Shown in pieces: positions 46,571 through 55,775 of a stretch of 55,880 nucleotides of DNA. The translations under genes were made by a program, and so were the position numbers. Source of the stretch: Clostridia bacterium (GTDB lineage Bacteria; Bacillota; Clostridia; Oscillospirales; UBA644); contig JAFSAH010000028.1 in assembly GCA_017441125.1 (NCBI GenBank), forward strand, positions 1-55,880, given 5' to 3'. Every line of letters starts with the position of its first letter. The first letter of the stretch is position 1. The notes under the pieces were generated by a model. It was not told the origin of the DNA. It did no database searches and saw only the letters and a program-made list of their open reading frames with translations.

Positions 46571-46767
46571 CAGTCGTCGTTAAGAGCAATTAAAAGCTCG
46601 TCCACATCAATGCCATGAACAAGGCAAGCCTCTTCAATAGACTCATTTCTTGCAACAGCGCAACCGACGCAGTGCATACCGAAGTCCATAAGGATTTCAG
46701 CGGCATTGGGGCAAATTCTCAAAATATCGCCTATGAGCATTTCTTTTGTAATTTCAGGTCTTTCCAT
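46570..46767 (-). CDS. DUF1858 (hybrid-cluster-protein-associated redox disulfide) domain protein
   Basis: 'IGDILRICPNAAEILMDFGMHCVGCAVARNESIEEA'. Confidence 0.75.
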   Translation of the reverse strand: MERPEITKEMLIGDILRICPNAAEILMDFGMHCVGCAVARNESIEEACLVHGIDVDELLIALNDD

Positions 46768-46855
46768 AATTCTTTTCTTCCTTTTTCATATATCGATTAC
46801 GAGAAAGGGCTTCGTATTCCGAAACCCCCTCATAAAACCAACTTTTCAACTAAAC

Positions 46856-47896
46856 TTATTTTGTGATTGTAACCTTATTAAGACCTCTGGGAGCATCGGG
46901 GTTTCTACCCTTAACTTCAGCAAGATTGCAAGCGAAAAGCTGTGCAAAGGTTGCATAATAGAAAGCAGAGATCATATCTTCTTTTTCTGCAAAGGGGATC
47001 TGGAAGCCAACGTCGCCTTCTGCAAGGAGATTCTCGTCGTCTGTAACCATAAGAAGGTCAGCACCAACAGCCTGAAGCTTTTTGATCATTTCCATTGAAT
47101 CCTGAGCAACGGGACCTGCAGGCATATACATAATTACGGGCATACCTTCGTCAACCATAGCAAAGGGACCATGATGGAAGTCGGAAATGGGATATGCTTT
47201 TGCAAGAACGTAGTTTGTTTCCTGTACCTTAAGAGCCGCTTCAAGAGCAAGAGGATAGTTTATACCTCTGGAAAGAATAAAGGCGTCTTTCATAAATCTG
47301 TAACGTACTGCAAGAGCTGCAACCTCTTCGTTTCTGAGAAGGATCTGACAGATCTTTTCGGGAACCTTTTCAAGTTTAGCAAGAAGATCTTTTCTGTCTG
47401 CCCACATTGCAACTATATGTGCGATCGTGTACAACTGTGCAGAGAAAGTTTTTGTTGCTGCAACACTCTTTTCTTCGCCTACGTTGAGGAAGAAGTTGTA
47501 GTCGCCGATAAGAGCAAGAGGAGATTCGTTATTATTTGTGATAGTAACTGTGATTGCGCCTGATTTTTTAGCCATTTCAACATATTCAATAACGTCAGCC
47601 GCTTTACCTGACTGGGAGATAGCCAAAACTACAGAATCGGAAAGGTCCAACTCTGCGCCGTATCTTGTAACAACAGACATTGCAGCCAATGAAACGGGAA
47701 CACCTATAAGGCTTTCAATAATATATTTTCCGTAAATACCTGCATGGTCGGAAGTGCCTCGTGCCGCAACCACTACGTTTTTGATTTTTCTTGATGCGAG
47801 CTTTTCAGCAAGTTCATTCAAAGTCTTTTCATTTGTTTTGAAGCAGGTTTTTAACGCTTCGGGTACTTCAAAAATTTCTTTTTCCATTAATGTCAT
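46856..47896 (-). CDS. Double-SIS-domain sugar isomerase/deaminase (GlmS isomerase-domain-only, AgaS/FrlB-like)
   Basis: 'VVVAARGTSDHAG' and 'AISQSGKAADV'. There is no glutaminase N-terminal domain. Confidence 0.8.
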   Translation of the reverse strand: MTLMEKEIFEVPEALKTCFKTNEKTLNELAEKLASRKIKNVVVAARGTSDHAGIYGKYIIESLIGVPVSLAAMSVVTRYGAELDLSDSVVLAISQSGKAADVIEYVEMAKKSGAITVTITNNNESPLALIGDYNFFLNVGEEKSVAATKTFSAQLYTIAHIVAMWADRKDLLAKLEKVPEKICQILLRNEEVAALAVRYRFMKDAFILSRGINYPLALEAALKVQETNYVLAKAYPISDFHHGPFAMVDEGMPVIMYMPAGPVAQDSMEMIKKLQAVGADLLMVTDDENLLAEGDVGFQIPFAEKEDMISAFYYATFAQLFACNLAEVKGRNPDAPRGLNKVTITK

Positions 47897-47925
47897 GTTA
47901 GTATTCTTCCTTTATCTATAATTTT

Positions 47926-50403
47926 TTATTTTTTAATCAAAGTTATTACAATTATAATCACCAGCACAATTATAAAAACAACTGCCGTAAGAACAACGCC
48001 GTTTATAATAGTGTCCCAAATGTCAATTTCATCTGTTTGTTCAGCAGGATCAACGACTGTCGGAGTATACGGCTCTATACCGTAATTCTGTATCTCCTGA
48101 AGCTCAACTGCCGTAAGTGCAGTATCTGAAATGTATATTTCGTCAACCGTACCCTTGAACAGCGCTCCGCCTTTAACACCGCTTTTACCGATGTAGTTGT
48201 AATTGGGCTTGATCATTGAGGGAGTAATGGACGTATTACCAGAAGCGACCTCGGCGCCGTCAATATAAAGTCTTGCGATACCGTTTTTGATCGTTACGGA
48301 AACTCTTATCCATTTATTGGTAGAGTTCTCCTCGGAGGTCAACACAAGCTCGGAGGTGCCGTCGCTGATAACAAACTTAAGTCCCTCGGAACCGTTACCC
48401 ATATCAAGATACATATAGGCTGTCGGCGCGGATACGGAGCTTTCTTTCCTTGAGAAGTCAAACAATCGGTGATTTATACCGGAAGTACTTCCCGCCCAAT
48501 TATAAGCAATGCTTATTGTGAATTCATCGGCATTATCAAGAATTCCCAAGGGGTATCTGATATAAGAGCTCATACCGTCCAAAGCAAGACCGTAGTTCTT
48601 ACTGCCCTGAGCCAAAGAAGCGTTTCTGACAAGCGCAAATACGGAGCTGTTATAGTCAGCGCCTATAAGAGACATATTATCAAAAGTAGTTCCTACAAAT
48701 CCGCTGATTTCTGCAGTTTCGTGAACGCTGTCTTCCAATTCGTCAGTTGAGTCGGGACGCAGATCGATATTCAAGGATGGGTCCTCTGTTTCCGAACCGC
48801 TGTCATCGGGATTCGGGTCAGGTAAAACTTCAGTAACAAAGCGTGAAACACCGTAATGCTCTATTCTTCTGATATCCGCCGCGTCAAGGACTCTTGAAGC
48901 CATGTAAATATCGTCAATATAGTATCGGCTGTCATCGTCTTCAGAAGAGCCCGTCATTATTTTAAGCTCTGTCAAATCAAGATCCGAAAGATTTATACCT
49001 GTTTCAAAAGTATTTGTCAACACGCCGTTTATATAAACATTTACTACGCCTTTTGAACTGAAGGTCAAAGCGTAATGAACCCAACGTCCGTTTACGGAGG
49101 ACAAAGAGGTTTTTGTGAGATTATATGTTTTTTCAGGGGTCAGATCATTATAAAGCGGATCTGTACCGTAATACTTTTCCGTATCAATCGTAAGAGCGGT
49201 TGCCTTTTCTCCAAGCTCATCTGTTTTAAACGGAGAGAAAACAAAGCTGCCCTTTCCCGTAAATTCAAGCAGATTCATATTTGAAAGCTTATAACTGTCA
49301 GATTCCTTATCTGCCTTACGGTAAACCTTCATGGCTATGGAAAATTCATCCGCATCAAACAGCAATCCTTTATCAAGAGAAATATACTGCGTTGGGAAAA
49401 CCGCCTCTCTGCGGGTAAGAGCCCTTCCACCGCTTTCGGTAATATCGGAAACGGAAATCAACGTAGACTCAAATTCATTTACAATCGCGTCGGCTTGTTT
49501 ATTCATATCCTTTGCAAAGTTAAACGAGCCGTCAAAGTTATATGCAATCCAGGTATAATTCGTAGCCGTAAGACCTTCGGGGAAAAACCATTCTTCAGGC
49601 GAACTCGGATTACTTGGATCAGAGGGAGAATCAGGAACATAGGGATCATCCTCTACCCACCCGCTGTCCGGCTGTGTTTCAGCGATTTCAAGACCGTTCA
49701 TGATGAAATAATCGTATACAGACATGACCGAAAGATAATTTATTTGAGTATCGTCCAAGGCCTTGTTGGAAATATACAAATTATCTATATGAAGATCCTC
49801 CATATAAACCAATCTTCCTGTTATAGACGAAAGGTCGATATTTGTTGAGGTTTCGCTCATTTTTACCCCGTTATAATAAAGTGAAAGGGTACTTGAGCTG
49901 AAATAATCTTCAGAAAAAACAAACGCGACATGCGACCAATCAGTATTTTTAGCAACGAAAGAAGCTGTCGCGGTTTCATTTCCGTCGTAGATATTGATGC
50001 AGTACTCCCCTTCGGCAGAGAGTTCAAAAGATATGTACGGATTCGTGGAAGAACCCGTTCCCACATAAAGGATTGTCTTACCGTAAGCCTGCTCCTCTTC
50101 AGGTTTAATATGGAGCGCAAAGATCAGATTTTCCAAATTCGAAAACATACTGTGGGGCATTGAACAGTATGAAGCTACACCAAAACCATCACGTCCCGTT
50201 TCAATCCAAAAAGGATCAAATCTGTACTCAACTAACTGATGCTGACCGCTGAGATCCCATTTTAAATTTTTCACATCATCAAAATCATAAGCGGATTCAT
50301 ATAAAGCCTCTGCTTTTGAAGTAAATGACGGTAACAACCCCACCGCCAACACAAACGCGGCGGTGAAGCTTACTACTTTTTTAAACATTCTTTTTATATT
50401 CAT
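47926..50403 (-). CDS. Large surface protein with a signal peptide, three LamG/concanavalin-like jelly-roll domains and a C-terminal TM anchor
   Basis: Signal peptide 'VVSFTAAFVLAVGLLPSFTSKAEA'. The LamG signature recurs three times: 'WSHVAFVF...LSLYYNGV', 'WVHYALTF...VNVYINGV' and 'WIRVSVTI...ARLYIDGA'. The C-terminal TM is 'VVLTAVVFIIVLVIIIVITLI'. Confidence 0.75.
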   Translation of the reverse strand: MNIKRMFKKVVSFTAAFVLAVGLLPSFTSKAEALYESAYDFDDVKNLKWDLSGQHQLVEYRFDPFWIETGRDGFGVASYCSMPHSMFSNLENLIFALHIKPEEEQAYGKTILYVGTGSSTNPYISFELSAEGEYCINIYDGNETATASFVAKNTDWSHVAFVFSEDYFSSSTLSLYYNGVKMSETSTNIDLSSITGRLVYMEDLHIDNLYISNKALDDTQINYLSVMSVYDYFIMNGLEIAETQPDSGWVEDDPYVPDSPSDPSNPSSPEEWFFPEGLTATNYTWIAYNFDGSFNFAKDMNKQADAIVNEFESTLISVSDITESGGRALTRREAVFPTQYISLDKGLLFDADEFSIAMKVYRKADKESDSYKLSNMNLLEFTGKGSFVFSPFKTDELGEKATALTIDTEKYYGTDPLYNDLTPEKTYNLTKTSLSSVNGRWVHYALTFSSKGVVNVYINGVLTNTFETGINLSDLDLTELKIMTGSSEDDDSRYYIDDIYMASRVLDAADIRRIEHYGVSRFVTEVLPDPNPDDSGSETEDPSLNIDLRPDSTDELEDSVHETAEISGFVGTTFDNMSLIGADYNSSVFALVRNASLAQGSKNYGLALDGMSSYIRYPLGILDNADEFTISIAYNWAGSTSGINHRLFDFSRKESSVSAPTAYMYLDMGNGSEGLKFVISDGTSELVLTSEENSTNKWIRVSVTIKNGIARLYIDGAEVASGNTSITPSMIKPNYNYIGKSGVKGGALFKGTVDEIYISDTALTAVELQEIQNYGIEPYTPTVVDPAEQTDEIDIWDTIINGVVLTAVVFIIVLVIIIVITLIKK

Positions 50404-50512
50404 ATCAAGATACCTTTTTTATCAGATTAGAAACAGAGTCTTTGCCCTGCAACACTGCGAGGCGCTGAATCCTCTCTTTCATGTCAAATAAATATGAAAA
50501 ATAAATTTACGG

Positions 50513-53500
50513 TTATTGGATAATTATGGGAAGATCGGGAAGGTCCCAAATATTACCGCCTGAATTACCGCCTGAATCTTCTCCGGAAGTTCCACCGTTA
50601 TCTTCTCCCGTATTTGAACCGCTGTTATCGGACTCAATTTCGGGCGCCACCATTTCAAGTGTATAGCCTTCAAGAATAACTTCATGCTGCGCGTAAACGT
50701 ACTTAGCCAATTCAAGAAGCTGTTCTTCAAATAATCCGTCAATAACTACGCTCTTTGTATCGTAAACGTATTTTGCAAGTTCAAAAAGCTGTTCATAAGT
50801 CAATTCGTCCATAATCGTTTCAGTTGTATCATAAACGTGTTTTGCAATTTCAAGATACTGTTCAGAAGTTACTCCTTCGAGAATTTCCTGTTTTTTGTCG
50901 TATACCTGAATTGCGACCTCAAGGAACTGATCGTCCGAGATCTTCTCGTCCAGTTCCTCCGGTGTGAGCAAGTCTTCGGGGATTACGGTTTCGTCCCCGA
51001 CCTCTCCTGTTGAATTGGTAAATTTATAAGTGTACGGATGAGGTGTTTCACTTGGCGTATGCGTCTGACACAGACAGTTACGGTATTTAGCTTTTGAAGT
51101 ACTTGACAGGCACGGGTATTCCCCTTCAGGTATCATATAGGTGTATACGGGCAATACAGTGCTGTTGTAAAGAATCTGATCGCTGTCAAGAGGAGGACAG
51201 ACATATTCGGCGTCAGCTATCTTGATATACTCATAAGGATAGCTTCGTGCAATATCTATAAAGGTTGCGAGATATGCGCTCGGACAGTTTTCATGAGCGA
51301 TCTGTCCCGATTCGGAGCAAACATACAACTGATGATGAACGTCACAGGTCTCGGTAGGCTGAGTACCGCTCTTGAAAATACCCGTCTTTACTCTTCCACC
51401 CCTGGGGTCAGAGCTGCAATAAGGTCCTGCCGCCTTACCGCTGACATTACAATAGGTTGCAGTAACGATACCGTCGGGCTGAGCAAATTCCGCTTCGGTA
51501 ATACCCTTTATTTCGTGAATCTGCTGCATTACATCATGCCACATCTTAACGTGATGCGTGTTTTCATTTGACTGAGGAATATCATAACCCCACCAAATGC
51601 CTGCCAAATAATAAGGCGTATATCCGATGAACCAACGGTCCTGGAAGTTTGAAGTCGTGCCCGATTTACCTGCAGTGGCTATGGGCGCAAGATTTGCCAC
51701 TTCACTTGAGCTTCCGTTTGTAACGGTCCTCTTAAGGATATCTGTCATAATATATGCGGTTTGCGGAGTAAATACGATAGATTTATCAACGTCGTTTTCA
51801 AGAATCACTTTACCGTCAAAGGTTTCTATTCGGGTTACGCATCTCGGTGTTGAATAGCTTCCCTGATTTGCGTAGACCGTATATGCGGAAGTCAATTCCT
51901 GAAGAGTTACACCGTAAGTCAGAGAACCTACGGACAAGGGCGCCAGATACTTGTCGTTTTCAACAAGTGAAGTCAAGCCCATCATATTTTTTGCAAAATT
52001 ATAGGCTTTTTCAACGCCGACCATTTGAAGGACTTTAACGGAAGTCGTGTTGTAAGAGTCGGAAAGCGCCACTTTAACGTCCAAAATACCCCTATATTTT
52101 CTGTCATAGTTCAAGGGCCATGAGGAATAAGAAGTATAAGTCAAGCCTTCCACGCCGTATTTCTCTTTGGAAACCTTTACCGTTGACGGCTCAACGTATA
52201 GCGGAGAGTCGTCTATTGCCGTTGCGGCTGTGATGATATTTTCTTCAATCGCCAAACCGTAAACGGCTATAGGCTTAATGGCAGAGCCCGAAGGTCTCGT
52301 TGTTTGAGTTACACGGTTAAGCAACAAGTTTGCAGTTTTTTCACCTCTGCCACCGATAACGCCGAGAATATTTCCCGTTTTGGGGTCGATAATTTCCATT
52401 GCGACTTCTGCTTTAACTTCAGAATCCTTATCAATGTAATTATCCTCATTTGAGAAGTATTCATCCATTATTCGCTGAATATCGGGGTCGACCGTAGTAT
52501 AAATTCGAAGTCCTGCGGTGTAGATATACTCAACAGCGGCTTGACGTGTGTAGCCCTTCTGATTCATGAGCTCGTCAACCGTCCATTCAAATACCATATC
52601 CGAGAAATAGGAACGAACGGAGCTGCTTGAAGATGAAGAGGTTGCAGTTCTGTCCCTCAGCTTCAACTCGGCAGTTCTTGCAGTATTGTATTCTTCTTCC
52701 GTAATGTAGCCCTGGTCGTAAGCGTACCACAGTGAAAGCACTCGTCTTTCATAGTTATTTTCGGGTTGTGTATACGGATTATATAATTCGGGATTATTGG
52801 TAATTGAAAGAATTGCCGCGCATTCTTCCATTGTGAGGTCGATAACCTCTTTGTCAAAATAATATTTCGCGGCAGTATAGATACCGTCACAACCGTTACC
52901 GAAATGGGCAATATTCAAATAATACTCAAGGATCTGATCCTTATCATATTTACGTTCAATGTAAAACGCACGAAGGATTTCTTTAAATTTACGAATAATG
53001 CCTCCCCAGCCATCAGTTTCACCGTCACCGGTGATATTTTTGATGACCTGCTGTGTAAGAGTGGAGCCACCACCGCCTGATCCGACACCTTCGCCACCCT
53101 TTAATTTATTTATAGCGTATTGAATCGTTGCAGAAACCGTTCTTATAGGGTCGAATCCCTTATGCTGATAGAAACGCTTATCTTCCGTTGCGACCGTTAT
53201 GTCGAGCAAATATTTGGGCATATCGTTAATGGAGCACCAAACACGGTTTTCAGAGCTGTGGAGCTCCTCGTAAACGACTATCTCGCCTTCGGAATTATAC
53301 GCCAAAATTTGCGAGGTCGAAGCGATTTCAAGGTTTGCAAGCATGGCGTCGAGCTCGGGGTCCGTAAATGAATACAGCAAAGTAACGCCCGCGCCGAGAG
53401 CCAACACGCCGATAACGCCTGCAGTCAAAATCCAGAAGAAAATAAACGCCCACAAACCGCCGAGAAAACGTATAAACAGCGGACGCTTCTTGCGGTACTT

Positions 53501-53959
53501 GCCGGGATTGCGTTCCCACAAGGGCTTCGTAGTCGCGTCGGATTTGGCTTTTGCTGCCGCTTCAGCGGTGTCATTTTTTTCAGCCACTTCTGAAATCTTG
53601 TTCTCGTCAGACTTTATAACAGCGGCTTCGGATGTTTTTTCCAAACCTCTGTTTTCCGCTTCACGTTCAACAGGAGCCTCTTTTTCTTTATTTTCGGAAT
53701 TTTGGAGTTTAGGCTCATCAATATTATATTCAGAACTGTCGATACTGTATCTGTTCTGTTCGGAATTCAAGTTCTGATTATTTATTTCATCATTTTCCTT
53801 TGAAGTTTCAGCATTAAAAGAAGAAGCTTTTCTCAACCTTTCGGAATCGGTTTTAATACTCTTCTTTGATGTCTTATTTTTACGTCCATTGATGTAGGTA
53901 AAGAAACCGTCTAACCAGTCAAGATTATTCTTTTTTGAATGTTTGTTAGTTCGTCTCAA
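50513..53959 (-). CDS. Class A penicillin-binding protein (PBP1A: GT51 glycosyltransferase plus transpeptidase) with long N- and C-terminal extensions
   Basis: GT51 motifs 'EDKRFYQHKGFD' and 'GGSTLTQQ'. Transpeptidase motifs 'SGSAIKP', 'SDSYN' and 'KSGTT'. TTG start with GGAGG 7 nt upstream. The cytoplasmic N-terminus before the TM helix is about 165 aa and K/E/N-rich. Confidence 0.9.
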   Translation of the reverse strand: MRRTNKHSKKNNLDWLDGFFTYINGRKNKTSKKSIKTDSERLRKASSFNAETSKENDEINNQNLNSEQNRYSIDSSEYNIDEPKLQNSENKEKEAPVEREAENRGLEKTSEAAVIKSDENKISEVAEKNDTAEAAAKAKSDATTKPLWERNPGKYRKKRPLFIRFLGGLWAFIFFWILTAGVIGVLALGAGVTLLYSFTDPELDAMLANLEIASTSQILAYNSEGEIVVYEELHSSENRVWCSINDMPKYLLDITVATEDKRFYQHKGFDPIRTVSATIQYAINKLKGGEGVGSGGGGSTLTQQVIKNITGDGETDGWGGIIRKFKEILRAFYIERKYDKDQILEYYLNIAHFGNGCDGIYTAAKYYFDKEVIDLTMEECAAILSITNNPELYNPYTQPENNYERRVLSLWYAYDQGYITEEEYNTARTAELKLRDRTATSSSSSSSVRSYFSDMVFEWTVDELMNQKGYTRQAAVEYIYTAGLRIYTTVDPDIQRIMDEYFSNEDNYIDKDSEVKAEVAMEIIDPKTGNILGVIGGRGEKTANLLLNRVTQTTRPSGSAIKPIAVYGLAIEENIITAATAIDDSPLYVEPSTVKVSKEKYGVEGLTYTSYSSWPLNYDRKYRGILDVKVALSDSYNTTSVKVLQMVGVEKAYNFAKNMMGLTSLVENDKYLAPLSVGSLTYGVTLQELTSAYTVYANQGSYSTPRCVTRIETFDGKVILENDVDKSIVFTPQTAYIMTDILKRTVTNGSSSEVANLAPIATAGKSGTTSNFQDRWFIGYTPYYLAGIWWGYDIPQSNENTHHVKMWHDVMQQIHEIKGITEAEFAQPDGIVTATYCNVSGKAAGPYCSSDPRGGRVKTGIFKSGTQPTETCDVHHQLYVCSESGQIAHENCPSAYLATFIDIARSYPYEYIKIADAEYVCPPLDSDQILYNSTVLPVYTYMIPEGEYPCLSSTSKAKYRNCLCQTHTPSETPHPYTYKFTNSTGEVGDETVIPEDLLTPEELDEKISDDQFLEVAIQVYDKKQEILEGVTSEQYLEIAKHVYDTTETIMDELTYEQLFELAKYVYDTKSVVIDGLFEEQLLELAKYVYAQHEVILEGYTLEMVAPEIESDNSGSNTGEDNGGTSGEDSGGNSGGNIWDLPDLPIIIQ
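50657..50932 (-). repeat. Four tandem 69-nt (23-aa) in-frame repeats in the PBP1A C-terminal tail
   Basis: The four units are DQFLEVAIQVYDKKQEILEGVTS, EQYLEIAKHVYDTTETIMDELTY, EQLFELAKYVYDTKSVVIDGLFE and EQLLELAKYVYAQHEVILEGYTL. Confidence 0.85.
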
Positions 53960-54249
53960 GTTTCTGCCTCCGATAAATCGTAATAAATATTTGAACCGCA
54001 GTGATTCATTGTACCATATCTTATTATACTCTATTTTTTGTGATTTTTCAAGTCTTTTTGGGAAATATATTAAAAGTCACATTATTTCCTATTTTTAGCA
54101 CCGATTCAGTCGCAATTTAGATAAAAACGAGCCAATTTCAGGCATTTTTATGCTCAAAAAGCGAAAAAAACCGCCTATATTATAATATATAGACTTTATA
54201 AAAACCGTTTTGGATGTAAAGGAGAGGAAGATGTAATAAAAAATTCACA

Positions 54250-54287
54250 ATATACAAAACAAAAAGACCACTCTTTCGAGTGGTCTT
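54250..54287 (-). terminator. Rho-independent terminator downstream of the cohesin-domain gene
   Basis: AAGACCACTC, loop TTTC (plus-strand orientation), then GAGTGGTCTT. On the minus strand the hairpin is followed by TTTTGTTTTGT. Confidence 0.8.
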
Positions 54288-54317
54288 CTTATTAACCTTA
54301 TATTGTTATTTCAACAA

Positions 54318-55775
54318 TTAGTCATCGCAAGTTTCTGCATTACCAACTTCAAGGTTTTCTTTTGCGAGGTAAGCATTAGCAATGAGGCTAACGATTTCAT
54401 CACCAGAAGCGCCGTTTTCTACTGCGAGCTCGAGAGCGAGAACAGCAACGTCGTATGCAGCAGCGGATTTTGCGGAACAGCCTGCTGTGGAAACAGCTTT
54501 AAGTTCAGCAAGTTTAGCTTCAGCAACAGCGATCAAAGCTTCATCGGAAGCAGCGGGATCTTCGGGGATCACGATTTCAGGTGTTTCTACGTAACCGTCA
54601 TCATAAACAACGAGTTCTTTGTATACAACGTAGATAGAGCCGCTATGAGCTACGTTAGCAAATGTGTAAGAATCCAATTTGCCGAGGTAAGCACCGTTAA
54701 CCATAACGTAAGCAACTTCGTAACCTACTTCGGGATAGAAGTTGTAAACTACGGATTCGCCTTCCAAAACGTATGTTTTATCTGCAGGGGAGATTGTGCC
54801 GCCTTCAGAAGCGGAAGCAACGATAACGTAAGTGATAACTTCTTCGCCGAGATCTTCAGCTACGATATCTTCAGCAGCGAGAACCTGACCGCAAACAGTA
54901 CATTCCTTATATCTGTGACCAGCTTTGTCCATTGTGGGACGAACGTCATAGATCCAGGGGCTTTCTGTATGAGCAACGAGTTCTGTTTCGTGACCGCAAA
55001 CGCACTTTGTCCAGTGACCGTCAGCGTTCTTCAACATTGTGTCGTGGTTGTGAGCAGCTGTGTCTTTATCTTCTGCACATCTGGAGCAGTCGAACCAGTG
55101 ATTGTCATCATCATAGGAATATGTTGTAGCCCAATCATGTCCGAGTTCTGTACCGAATTCAAATGTTTCTGTAGAAAGAGCGCTACAAACTGTACAAGCT
55201 TTGTAGTAAACAGCTGCGTTTACACAGTCAGCTGCAGATACGAGGTTAGCATCATCAGCGAGAAGGATTTCATCGAAATCATGACCAACTGTAAGAGCTT
55301 CTTCCTGAGCTACGCCTACATAACCGTGAACAGCGATTGTAGATTCTTCGTTCAATGTAAGAGTAACATCGCCGCCAGCGATAGCTTCAAAGGAAACAGT
55401 AGCGATAAGTTCATTGGGAACATATGCAGGCTGTCTGGGAGCAGTAAAGCTAATTTCAAGTTTGCCGTCAGCTTCAACGTAAGCGAGGCCTACGTCAGCA
55501 TCGTTACTGTCAACGAAATCAGGGTTCAATGTAACAGAAGCGATTTCAAGAACTGCAGAATCAAATTCCAAAGTACCATTTACTACGCCGTTTGTACATC
55601 TTGCAGAGTTAAGACTGATTTCAACAGTAACAGCTTCACCGCATTTAACGCTTGCAGCGTCTACAGTGAAAGCAAGGTTAGGAGTAGCAGATGTCGCAGC
55701 GAATGTAGGAATTACCATTACGGAAAGGAGCATACATACGCTGAGGACAGCAGCTAAAATTCTTTTAATATTCAT
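54318..55775 (-). CDS. Secreted protein with an N-terminal cohesin-like domain, Cys/His-rich modules and a bacterial Ig/InlB-B-repeat-like domain
   Basis: Signal peptide 'ILAAVLSVCMLLSVMVIPTFAA'. Cohesin-like region 'FTVDAASVKCGEAVTVEISL...GTLEFDSAVLEI'. 'HxW..C..C' units occur as 'HWFDCSRC' and 'HWTKCVCG', with a related 'HRYKECTVCG' unit. The 'GGTISP...YPEVGYEVAYVMVNG' region looks like the Listeria-Bacteroides repeat. Confidence 0.7.
   Translation of the reverse strand: MNIKRILAAVLSVCMLLSVMVIPTFAATSATPNLAFTVDAASVKCGEAVTVEISLNSARCTNGVVNGTLEFDSAVLEIASVTLNPDFVDSNDADVGLAYVEADGKLEISFTAPRQPAYVPNELIATVSFEAIAGGDVTLTLNEESTIAVHGYVGVAQEEALTVGHDFDEILLADDANLVSAADCVNAAVYYKACTVCSALSTETFEFGTELGHDWATTYSYDDDNHWFDCSRCAEDKDTAAHNHDTMLKNADGHWTKCVCGHETELVAHTESPWIYDVRPTMDKAGHRYKECTVCGQVLAAEDIVAEDLGEEVITYVIVASASEGGTISPADKTYVLEGESVVYNFYPEVGYEVAYVMVNGAYLGKLDSYTFANVAHSGSIYVVYKELVVYDDGYVETPEIVIPEDPAASDEALIAVAEAKLAELKAVSTAGCSAKSAAAYDVAVLALELAVENGASGDEIVSLIANAYLAKENLEVGNAETCDD

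Noticed and set aside
50404-50512. A possible promoter or hairpin in the PBP1A-LamG intergenic region (a TTGACA on the minus strand and an imperfect CCTGCA/TGCGAGG inverted repeat).
   Set aside because: There is no matching -10 box at proper spacing, and the stem is imperfect with no U-tract. The evidence is too weak to call either a promoter or a terminator.
54303-55757. A 484-aa plus-strand ORF spanning almost the whole cohesin-gene locus.
   Set aside because: The translation is low-complexity (rich in C, F, S, V and N) with no recognisable domain, ribosome-binding site or signal peptide. It exactly mirrors a well-formed minus-strand gene that has a signal peptide, domains and a terminator. 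The open antisense frame is explained by the strong codon bias of the real gene.
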